Source of the DNA: Chiloscyllium plagiosum
Taxonomy: Eukaryota
Direction of reading: 5' to 3'
Assembly (NCBI RefSeq): GCF_004010195.1
Contig: NC_057714.1
Location: 8,264,482 to 8,308,755, forward strand
DNA length: 44,274 bases
Part shown: in pieces, positions 23,567 to 34,260 of the stretch
Numbering within the stretch: position 1 is the first letter of the stretch
Layout: every line of letters begins with the position of its first letter
The notes under the pieces: model-generated
Databases searched by the model: none
The model's input: only the letters and a program-made list of their open reading frames with translations
Told to the model about the DNA's origin: nothing
Program-made: the position numbers and the translations under genes

Positions 23567-24081
23567 TGGCCCACTTGGAATGTAATATTCAGTTCTGGTC
23601 ACCTCATTATAGGAAGTATGTGGAAGTTTTAGCGAGGGTGCAAAGGTGATTTACCAGAATGCTGCCTGGACTGAAGGGCATGTTTTATCTTGAAAGGTTG
23701 AGGGAGCTAAAGCTTTTCCCATTGGAGCAAAGAAGGGTGACAGGGGACTTGATAGAGATGTACAAGATGATAGGCTTTGATAGAGTGAACAGTCAGAGCC
23801 TTTTTTCCAGGGCAGAAGTGGTTATCATAAGGGCCATAATGATTAGCAGAGATGTCAGAGGTTGGCTCTTTCCACAGTGTGTGGTTGGTGCATGGAATGC
23901 ACTGCCAGCAGTGGTGGTAGAGTCCAATGCATTAGGGTCATTTAAGTTACTCTTGGATAGGCAAATGGATGATAGTGAAGCGTAGAGAATGTAAATTAGT
24001 TTGATCTACATGTTGGATACAAAGTCAGCACAACATCGAGGGCCAAAGGGCCTGTACTGTGCTGTACTGTTCTATGTTCTA
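23567..24081 (+). mobile_element. 5'-truncated CR1 of another subfamily nested in the host CR1
   Basis: Post-RT motifs (MLPGLKG...FPLEQRRVTGDLIEMYK), own 3' end gggccaaagggcctgtactgtgctgtactgttctatgttcta. Host frame EFFEEV|TS.LDQGEPLDV resumes after it. Confidence 0.85.
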
Positions 24082-24635
24082 ATTACAAGCAGTTTGGACC
24101 AAGGAGAGCCACTGGATGTTATCTACCTGGATTTCAAGAAAGCCTTTGACAAGGTGCTGCACAGGAGGCTACTGAGTAAGATAAGGATGCATGGTGTCAG
24201 CGGCAAAGTACTGACATGGATAGAAGCTTGGCTGTCTGGCAGAAGGAAGAGAGTGGGGACAAAAGTGTCATTCTCTGGATGGCAGCCAGTGCCAAATGGT
24301 GTTCCGCAAGGTTCAGTGTTGGACTTTATATACTAATGATCTAGATCAAGGAACTGAGGGCATTCTGGCTAAGTATGCAGATGATACAAAGATAGGTAGA
24401 GGGATAAGTATCGTTGAGGAGGCGGGGAGACTGCAGAAGGATTTGAGGGAGGGCAAAGAAGTGGCAGATGATGCACACCGTGGGAAAGTGTGAGGTCATT
24501 CACTTTGGTAGGAAGAATGGAGGCATGGACTATTTTCTGAATGGGAAATAATTCAGAAATCTGAAGTGCAAATAGACTTGGGCACTCTAATCCCAGTTTC
24601 TCTCCAGTAAACTTGCAGGGTGAGTCAATAGTTAG

Positions 24636-25037
24636 TGTTGAGAGTGTGGTGCTGGAAAGACACAGCAGGTCACGCAGCATCCGAGGAGCAGGAGAGACGG
24701 GGGGAAGAGGAGGAGGAGGAGGAGGAGGTAGCTGAGAATGCGATAAGTAGGTGAAGATGGGAGAGAAGGTGATAGGTCGGATAGGAAGGTGGAGCGGAGA
24801 GATGGGAAAGGCTATGGACAGGTCAAGAGGGCAGTGCCGACTCAGAGCCTTGAGACTGGGATAATGTGGGGGGAGGGGAAATCAGGAAATTGGTGAAATC
24901 CACATTAATTCCGTGTGGTTGCATGGTCACAAGGCTGAAGATGAGGCATTCTTTCTTCAGGAGTCGGGTAAGGCCTCCATCACCAAACCTTTACCACCCG
25001 ACTCCTGGAGGAAGAACACCTCATCTTCTGCCTTGGG
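24636..25037. mobile_element. Rearranged Penelope-like fragment nested in the CR1, includes (GGA)n at about 24707-24728
   Basis: Starts gtggtgctggaaagacacagcaggtcacgcagcatccgaggagcag, as in the 38089-38140 repeat. Contains an EEE(H/C)LIF(C/S)L segment on both strands, indicating an internal inversion. Confidence 0.65.
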
Positions 25038-25567
25038 ATGTACTTCTGAGGCCTATAAGGCTCTGGTCAGACCACAATTTGGAATATCTTTTACAGTTTT
25101 GGGCCCCTTATCTCAGGAAGGATGTACTGGCTCTGGAGTGTGTTCAGAGGAAGTTCATTAGAATGGTCTCAGGAATGAAAAGCTTAACATACGAGAGGCG
25201 TTTGAAGATTCTGGGTTTGTACTCGATGGAGTTTAGATGGATGAGGAGGATCTAATTGAAACATACAAAATACTGAATGGCCAAACAGAGTAGATGTTGG
25301 GAAAATGTTTCCATTGGTGGAGAGACTAGGACCCAAGGGCATCGCCTTAGAATAGCTTTAGAACAGAGATGGGTAGAAACTTCCTCAGCCAGGGAGTGGT
25401 CAATCTATGGAAATCATTGCCATAGAAGTTTGTGGAGGCCAGGTCATTGAGTGTATTTGACACTGAGATAGGTTCTTGATTGTTAAAAGGATCAAGAGTT
25501 ACGGGGAGAAAGCAGGAGAATGGGGGTGAGAAACTTATCAGCCATGATTGAATGGTGGAGCAGTCTT

Positions 25568-26010
25568 AGAGTCATAGATGTACAGCACAGAAACAGACCT
25601 TTTGGCCCAACTTCTCCATGCCGACCAAATATCCCAACCTAGTCTCGTCCCATTTGCCAACACTTAGCCCATATCCGTCTAAACCTTTCCTCTTCATATT
25701 CCCATCTAAATGCCTTTTAAACGTTGCAATTGTACCAGCCTCCACCACTTCCTCTTGCAGCTCATTCCATACACGCACCACCCTCTGTGTGAAAATGTTG
25801 CCCCTTAGATCCCTTTATATCTTTTCCCCCTCACCCTAAACTTATGCCCTCTTGTTTTGGATTCCCCCACCCAAGGGAAAAGACTTTGCCTATTTATCCT
25901 ATCCATGCTCCTCATGATTTTATAAACCTCTATAAGGTCACCCCTCAACCTTCGATGCTTCAGGGAAAACAGCCCCAGCCTATTCAGCCTTTCCTATAGC
26001 TCAAACTCTC
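25568..26010 (-). mobile_element. 5'-truncated CR1 (HER1-like) 3' end nested antisense in the host CR1 3' UTR
   Basis: Reverse complement closely matches 39400-39843. ORF VRVWNELQEEVVEAGTIATFKRHLD. Confidence 0.9.
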
Positions 26011-26074
26011 TGAATGGCCTAACTTCTGCTTCTCTGTCTAATGGTCTCATGGGATGCTGCAGCGTGTCAATTAT

Positions 26075-26430
26075 TGAAGAGAGATTTGACCATCTGAGGA
26101 GGTTTGCCATAGAACAGAGATTTAGAGGGACATGGTTGAGATATTTAAAATTGAGGGGCATAGTTAGGGTAGACAGGAAAAGACTTTTCCCTTTGTTGGA
26201 GTGTTCAGTGAACTGTGGACATAGATTTAAAGCAAGGTGCAGAAGACTTAGAAGAGATATGAGAAAAACCCTTTTACCCAGAGTGTGGTTGGAATCTGGA
26301 ACTCGCTGCCTGTAAGACAGAGATAGAAACTCTCATAACATTTAAGAAGTATTTAGATGTGCAGTTTTGATACTAAGGCATTCAAGGCTGGGCCATGTGC
26401 TGGAAAGTGAGATTAGAATACAGAGATAAT
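26075..26430 (+). mobile_element. Old CR1 3' fragment
   Basis: FAIEQRFRG..RVDRKRLFPL..GHRFK motifs and WNSLP. Confidence 0.7.
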
Positions 26431-27263
26431 ACAGCGATCCTGCTATAATTCATGTTTCTTCAATGCAAATTGACCTTAACGTGAATTTAGACAGTTATTT
26501 GTAGAACGCAAACTTTATTTACCTGTATTGGTTATAACATGATTCTGGCCCCATTAGTTTGTCACACAGCTAATGCGTGATTTTCTTATAAAGCGAGATA
26601 GTTCCATTCCTTTGCAATCACATTATATGAGAACCACCTGTATGTGGTGGTTTTTGACTGGCACAGAAGCAATGGGCTGAAGGACCATTTCCTGTGCTGT
26701 AGATGTCTGAATCAATGGTGACTGAAATCATGTAATACATGTAGGTATGCTTTTGTTAAGCTTTGAACTTGTTTCTTACCAGCATAGCATTTGCTACTGT
26801 TGGATCCTGGTGTTGCAGTCATTTCTGATGGTTACATACAGATGTAGATTTGCTTTTCCCTAAACTGTACCAACTTTATTTAATCTACTGCGGGAGAGAA
26901 TAATTGGAGAAAACACATCATGGGAGATGATACATTTTCAAAGTAACCTAGAAAATAAATATCAATGTAAAGGTGTATTTATGTAAATGTGCATCTCAGT
27001 TTAATCTTAGTATGAAGCACCATTGTTAACTCTATTATTTAGACTAGCACTAGAATCAAGTGTGTGAGACTTCATTCTATCTCTGGCAAGTCTGTAACTT
27101 TAGATTCGTGCAATGTAACATAAACTACCTTTAATTAGATCCTTTTTCATATTCACTATTAAGTAGGGAAAACTATTTCTGTAAGTTTGTACTTGTGTCC
27201 TCTGTTTCTGCATTCAATTTAAAGCAACCTACATGCCTGTGAAGGCATTACGCAGGTTGATCG

Positions 27264-27578
27264 CATAGAATCATAGAAACCTTACAGTGTGGGAAGAGAC
27301 TGCAATCCAAAGAGTAACCCACCCAAAACCAGCACCACCCCCCCCAGCCCCCGCCCCACCACCACACCTTCCCCGTAACCCTACATTTACCATGGCCAAT
27401 CCACCTAGCCTACACATCTTTGGAATGTGGGAGGAAACCACAGGAACACCCAGCAGAAACTCCTGCAGACAAGGGGAGAACTCGAAAATTCCACACAGAC
27501 GGTCACTAAGGCTGGGATCCAGCCCAGGCCCTTGGAACTGTGAGACGACAGTGTCAACCACTGAGGCACCATGCCGCC
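27264..27578 (-). mobile_element. HE1-type V-SINE, older
   Basis: catagaatcatagaa tail, V-domain (cacatctttggaatgtgggaggaaacc) and degenerate tRNA head. Confidence 0.85.
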
Positions 27579-28557
27579 ACATGTCCTTTTAATTTTCTCT
27601 CCGACAAAAATACATTTAATATTTCATTGAGCTCCCAAATAATGGAAATTACCTCCTTGTCTGAAAACTCTCTTGGTGTCATTTTTGAAGATAGGCTCTG
27701 CAAATTTCTTGTTTTTGCAATATGTTTGGAGAAGTTTTGTTTGAATATTTTCAAAATTCACTTTTCACTGTAAATCGTGTTGATTATTAGTTTTGGGGAT
27801 GAGATGGGTGTGGGAAGTTGATTTAGGACCTTGCCTGGCAAAGGGGGCCTTACAATTCTGTGAACCTGCCCTCATTTAAATTTGGCAGGCAAGCTGTAAG
27901 GTGCTAAACTTTGTCAGAAAGACAAGTGTTGTAGAGGCAGGGGTCACAGCTGCCGAGTTGAAGAATCAGAAATAATATTTGAACGCTTATCTTTAGTAAC
28001 TTCTCTGCCTTGTCATCCACGGAACTTGCATGGCACACAGTCTGACCTAACATGCCAATCTGAGTTGTATTTATGTCAAGGACCCTAATTTGCATGTTAG
28101 CGTGGACTACCAACCTGTAACAGTCAGGCGATTTAGACACCCAGTGGCATATGTCTTTCTAAATTGTTCCATTTTGTTTGCATGCAAATAGGACAGTTAG
28201 AAAACTGCCTCAAAACAAGTTCTGTAGCATCCCATTTAGGGCAGGAAAGGACGGCAAAATTGTATTCTGTTTCTTTCTATGTTTTATTCTTTGCAGTTGA
28301 AATTAGTAGCTACTGGGCAACAAATGCAACCTGTCACATTTTAAGAACAAATTCAGTAGAAAGGATTGCTATTTGCCTAATGAGAGTGTGCACAAGTATT
28401 GCTCTTAACTCCTTATTTGCCTTCATGAAATAAATCTGCTATATCGATTAATTTTAATGTTACACTAAATTGAATTTTATCAAATATTAATGAACAATTC
28501 TCCTGTGCATATTAACACAGAATGTTAACTATGCTTAAATTTTTAATTATTTTGTAG

Positions 28558-28656
28558 GAGGATCGGATGATTCTGACAGCTGTGAAGAACCTGTGGAAGA
28601 TAGTATTTCACTAGCATCTGAACGTTGTGATAATCATGAAGAATCTGCAGCTGATG
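28558..28656 (+). CDS. SKAP2: SKAP2 internal coding exon (probable exon 4, 99 nt), acidic linker before the PH domain
   Basis: Acceptor ttttaattattttgtag, donor G|gtatgt. Reads (G)GSDDSDSCEEPVEDSISLASERCDNHEESAAD(G) versus human GDAEDGEEYDDPFAGPPDTISLASERYDKDDEAPSDG. The ISLASER motif is diagnostic for SKAP2. Confidence 0.92.
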
Positions 28657-29251
28657 GTATGTGTTATTGTAGATCTTTGTACGATCTGCTATTGACAGTC
28701 AGTGAAAAATGGGACTCCAGTTTGAAGAAGTTCCTGAGGAAACCGAATAAGCTAACAATTTTAAAGTGCAATTGAATTGGCTCCCTGTTGGAAGGCAGCT
28801 ATGTGGAATTGAAGAGCTCTCTCTAGTGGTATTCAAGGTTTATACAACCGAGAAAAATAGTTGCATTGCAAAAACGTAAGAACTTGGTCTTGATATGAAC
28901 CTCCGGATCAAATGCACTTTTCAAGCTTGGACAATATCAGTTGTTAAAAAGTAAAAAGTTTAATTTGTAATGCATATTTCTTTCTATTAGGCTGGAACAT
29001 TACAAAAATTAGCACTGAGAATGCAGTTTGTAGTTTCAGAAGTGTTGTGTACCCTAATTGAGAAAATTCAGACTTAGAAATTACACTGTATATTAAATCA
29101 TTGACAGTATCTTTCTTTAAATAAGCAGCCATTCTACACAGTAGGGATTAATTGATTAAGACAGATCCTTCACACAACAAAAAATTTATTAAGGCAGTTC
29201 AATTATAATGCAAGGCTACATCGCAGACCACATTTTGTTGAGAGATATGAT

Positions 29252-29618
29252 ATCATAGAATCATAGAATCCCTATGGTGTGGAAACAGATCACTTGCCCT
29301 GTTGAATCTACACCCACCCCCCTGAAGAATATTCCACACAGACCCAACCCCCTAACCTATTGCTGTATTCCTGCATTTCATGGCTAATCCACTTCGCCTG
29401 CACATCCCTGGATACTATGGGAAATTTTAGCATGGCCACTCCAGCTAACCTGCACATCTTTGGACTGCAGGAGGAAACTGGAACACCTGGAGGAAACCCA
29501 CGTAGACACAGGAATAGTGTATAAACCCCACACCGACAGACGCCCAAGGCTGGAATTGATTCCAGATACCTGTCATTGTGAGGCAGCAGTGCAAACCACT
29601 GAACCACTGTGCTGCCCC
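29252..29618 (-). mobile_element. HE1-type V-SINE, older
   Basis: (ATCATAGA)n tail, V-domain and tRNA head ggggcagcacagtggttcagtggtttgcactgctgcctcaca on the minus strand. Confidence 0.88.
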
Positions 29619-30702
29619 ATGTTATGATTTTCATTGAATTACTCCAGAAATATTTTACTCTATTATTAAGACTAGCATATTCCATCTTAACCAGTGTGCA
29701 AATCTTGCAAGCTAAACATGCAGATTACTGAAAAATGACATTAAACTGAATAAATATTTTAATATATCCAATAATACTGTTTTACATAGTAATATAACTG
29801 GTATTTTGTATAATTGGAAAGCTTGCTAGGGACTCATAGTTAAATAAAGCAAACAATGATGTTGCAACTTAATAATTTACTTTGGTTACAGATATCACAG
29901 ACTACATATACAACTGTCCCTATCCTACAGTTTATTTTGTATCAGTTGCTGATCCCTGACTCTCATTTCTTAAATTAAAATTAAATGTGGAGTTACAGTA
30001 TCCCTTCCACAGAATATTTTATTCAGTAAAGATTGCTTTTTCAAAGAATACGTAAACTAAAGAAAAATAAACCTTAAGAAAGTACTGTATTTTAAATTGA
30101 GATGTTTAGTCTTTTTGGGATGAGTTACAGAAATAAAGCATGTCTCTCAGAAATCAGTTGGATAGTAGCATTTTAGCAATTCATTGCTATGTTTGTCTAA
30201 TGTGTTTCCTAAGTTTTCACAGTTGTAAGTAGCTGAATATATTTATCTAGTTCAGTTTAGGGCTAACAATAATTAATAATTTTATTTGTTGCCAAGACTT
30301 CAGTGCAAGTTAGTTTTCCTCATTCTCCTCCCCCTAATATTACCTTAAATATAGATGTTGCAATTTTATTGATTTTGAAATTTCCTGTTGTCAACATTAC
30401 AATACTGACCAGAAGTGTATTTTTAAAATTAAACTTAAATTGCAGCCTATAATTTTATACATAGTTTGAAAATTGCTTGAACTTTATACTGAATGTTTCA
30501 AATGAAGAAGATTATAAGATCTTCAGCAAAGATTACACTTGATTCAAAATAAAAGCTCGTAATTCATAGTTAGTTGCAATTGAACATGATCTTTATTCTT
30601 GTTTATAAAATCTGTAGTTCTTGCTGACTTGAAACATTTAGTAGGATTATGCTTTTGTGAGGAATAGCCATCATAAATGTAAATTAATGCTAATATATTA
30701 GT

Positions 30703-31865
30703 TTCATAGGGCATGGAAACAGACCCTTCAGTCCAATTAGTCCATGCCAAACATATTCCCAACCTAAACGAGTCCCACTTGCCTACATTTGGCTCATATC
30801 CCTCCAAACCCTTCCTATTCATGTACTTATCCAAATGTCTTAAAATTGTGCAATTGTACCTGCATCTACCACTTCCTGTGATAGCTCATTCCACATATGA
30901 ACCACTCGGTGTAAAAGTGTTGCCCCTGATTCTTTTTAAAGCTTTCTCCTTTTGCTTTAAAAACCATGGCCCCTAGTTTTGAACTCCCACACTTTAGGGA
31001 AAAGATCCTTGCTATTCACCTTATCAATGCCTCTCGTGACTTTTATAAACATCTTTAAGGTCACCCCTCAACCTCTATGCTCCAGTGATAAAAATCCCAG
31101 CCTATCTTTATAAGTCAAACCCTCCAATCTTGGAAACATTCTGGTAAATCATTTCTGAACCGTACCCAGTTTAATAATATCCTTCCTATAGGAGGGTGAG
31201 CAGAACTGTACACCATAATCCAGAAGAAGCTTCACCATTATCCTGTACAACCTCAACATAATGTACCAACTCCTTTACTCAAAGGTCTGAACAATGAAGG
31301 CAAGCACGCTAAATGCTGCCTTAACTACCCTGCCTACCTGTGATGCAAATTACAAAGAATTATGTACCTGAACCCCTAGATCCCTCTGTACTACACCACC
31401 ACCTATGGCCTTCCCATTCCATTGTGCAAGTCCTCCCTTTCTTTGTTTTATGAAAATGCAACACTTCACATTTAACCAAACTATCCTCCCTCTGCCACTT
31501 CCACTGACCCAAATGATCAAGGTTTTTTTTGTCATCTTAGAAAACCCTTCTTTACTGTCCACTATACAACCTTGGTGTAATCCACAAACTTACTAACCAT
31601 ACCTCCTGAATTCTCACCCAAATTGTTTTTATAAATGACAAACAGAAGTGGACCCAGTATTGATCCCTGCTGATCACAGGCCTCCAGACTGAAATGCAAC
31701 CCTCCACCACCATCCTCTGTCTCCTATCATCAAGCCAATTTTGTATCCAGTTGGCAAACTCACACTGAAACCCATGTGATCTAACTTACTAATTAGTCAA
31801 CCATGTGAAACCTTGTCAAAGGTTTTACTAAAGTCCATGTAAACAATGTCTACCGCTCTGCATCA
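30703..31865 (-). mobile_element. CR1 LINE 3' ~1.15 kb, decayed
   Basis: YMDFSKTFDKVSH, QRDLGVQVHNSL and 3' end similar to 39700-39843. Confidence 0.9.
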
Positions 31866-33034
31866 ATCCTCAAAAACCGCAATCGACTGCTTTTGTGTTC
31901 CAACTGTGTATGAACCAACAATTGAAATATAGGCCCCTAATCTGAATGAAAGTGCATATGTTGAATTAAAGTTTCTGTCTGCTCGTAATGCTCAAAATAT
32001 GATATTCAGTTGTGTGCATCATAATATTAGATGCATATGGGCTTGGTCTCTTCCTAACTGATTCATTTCACATAACCAACCTGCTGCGAATGTGTATTTC
32101 AATAGCATATCTGCATTTTCCACGATTCTCCAATGTAAACTTTAAATAAGTAAGGATTCATGTACAAATGTTCATAAAATCTTCCTGAGGAGTTGCATTT
32201 AAACAAGATATAGCAGAAGCAAAACTGCACACAAATTGATCAACTTCTAATTTTCATTTCTGTTTGTGTCTATTACTTTGTTGTATTCTTTGATGTAATG
32301 GTTATTTTACATAGAAAGTAACACCACAAAGTTTTTATTATTTGTAGCCATGTGAGGCACTTAACAATAGAACTACAATTTTTTTTTGTCACAACATTCT
32401 GCTTTAAAATTCTAAAGTCGAGATGATAACCGAATGCAACCAGTAAAATTAGGTGTGTGGGTCTGATGCTCAACTTTAAACCTACTCGAAATCCAAACCA
32501 TGATGACTTGTGCAAATAATTGATTTTGCAAATAGTGTACAAACCAGTGTGTCTGTTCTTCTTGTCGGAAGGCTTGGTCACTTTCAGCTATTTAATGTTG
32601 AATTTAAAAGTGTTACTGTGGAACAAAGAAATTATGTTCTTTACTACATAGGGAGTCTATAAAGATTTGTATATCCTTTGCTCTGAAATGCAATTCGCAC
32701 CACTATACATTCTGTGATCGCTCTTGAACCTATGACATTGATTTCAGTGCAGGCATTGTATCTGGTTTATTGTGATGGTCATTGAAAAGAAGCTAGATAT
32801 ATTTCAAACATTGAAAAAGAAATCTAGCTATGGACTGAACTCTAACTTTGTACAAACATCTATTTGTGTTTAGCTCATATTTATTATCTTCAAATATAGT
32901 GCTAGTTTATTTTAGATGGAATGGTCAAATTTGTAGCAGTTTCGTATCCTTAATATAAATTTAGGGTGGAGATAAAAGACTACGATCTTTTCATCCTCTG
33001 ATATTTTGTGTTCAAAAAAGAAGGAATAAACTTG

Positions 33035-34260
33035 GTAACCACAGGCCAATGCTGGGAAAACTATAAAGGCTATAAGCACAAAATTAATTCTCACTTGGAA
33101 AAGTGTAAATTAATACAGGACAGCCAGCATGGATTTGTTGACTGTAACTCATCTTTGACTAGCCTAATATGTGTACTCTGAAGTAATAGCGAGGATTGAT
33201 AAAGATAGTGTTGTGGTTGTAGATCTGACGTTTCAAAAGGCATTTGACAATGTGTCAAGTAGCAGATTTATTTGAAAAATGGCAGTATCATGTGATGGTA
33301 AGTGCACTTGCCATGTGATAACTTGAATGTTAACTTGCTAAAGCATAGAAGGTAATAGTAAGCATGTGTTCTGACTGGTGAAATGTACATAATGCGGTCC
33401 CCCAAAGGTGATATTAGGATCATTGAATTTGAATTTGAGTATAGACAGTACAATTTAGAGGTTTGGCAATGTAGCAATTAGTTAAAAAGATAGATGTCAA
33501 AGAAAATAGACTTGTAGAATGAGCAGGCATGGGGCAGATGCAATTTAATCTGGCTATGTGAAATGGAGAAAGATCGTGAGAAGGCATTGTATTGTACATG
33601 GTACGATTTTGAAAGGGGTGCAGGAGCAGAGGGATCTGGAACACGCATTCACAATTCCTTTACAAATCATCAGTAAATTCAAAGTTGGAGTTTTGTACAA
33701 TTCTGGATGCCAGTCTTTGGTAGGATGCTAATTCCTTGGAGTGAATACAGAGACGATTCGAGGATGATTCTATTCTGTAAGTGTTTTCCCTGAAAGCAGC
33801 TCCTTGTCTCGTCTGCTGATGCTTCAGGCAGGGGGATGATACAATGAATGAAAGAATTCAGTTAAGTAGAAAGATTACTTTCCTCAGAGCAGTTAAGGTC
33901 TGGCCTTGTATTCAAGTTTACTAGATGAGGCTTTTTGATAGAGCAGGTAGGGAAGAAAATGTTTCCTATGGAAATTGTCAGTAACCAAAGGTCATAAAAT
34001 TAAAATTATTACCAAAAGTGGTAAAGGTGAAATGCAAATTCTCTTAAGGTAATTGATAAAACCTGACATGTATGACCTGAAAGTGTGGTGGAATCAGATT
34101 CCGTAATAACTTGCAAAAGACAATTAGACCTACATTTGAAGGGGACTAATTTTACATGATTATGGGGATAAGGCTGAATTGAATACCTCTTTCAAAGATC
34201 CCACAAAGGCATAACAGATGAAATAGTATATTTCTCTAGTGTTAGTCTATCATTCTATTT
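33035..34260 (+). mobile_element. Old CR1 RT to 3' UTR remnant
   Basis: SQHGFV, FQKAFD, PQ-like and EQRDLG-like remnants in the correct order, heavily mutated. Confidence 0.65.

Larger units (their letters stand above)
18715..26052 (+). mobile_element. Near full-length decayed CR1 LINE broken into segments (about 18715-19917, 22965-23566, 24082-24635, 25038-25567, 26011-26052) by nested insertions
   Basis: Colinear order of ORF1 esterase remnant (RVNKIKQVNAWLNNWC), APE (VIMGDFN), DKSPGPDGLHPRVLRE, YLDFKKAFDKV, GVPQGSVL, YADDTK, QFWAPYLRKD and 3' UTR. Sequence resumes across each insertion. Confidence 0.88.

Noticed and set aside
27287-27592. Proline-rich 101-aa ORF
   Set aside because: Antisense translation of an HE1 SINE with a C-rich tract.
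28593-28775. 60-aa ORF as a standalone gene
   Set aside because: It is the 3' part of the SKAP2 exon read through the gtatgt donor into the intron.
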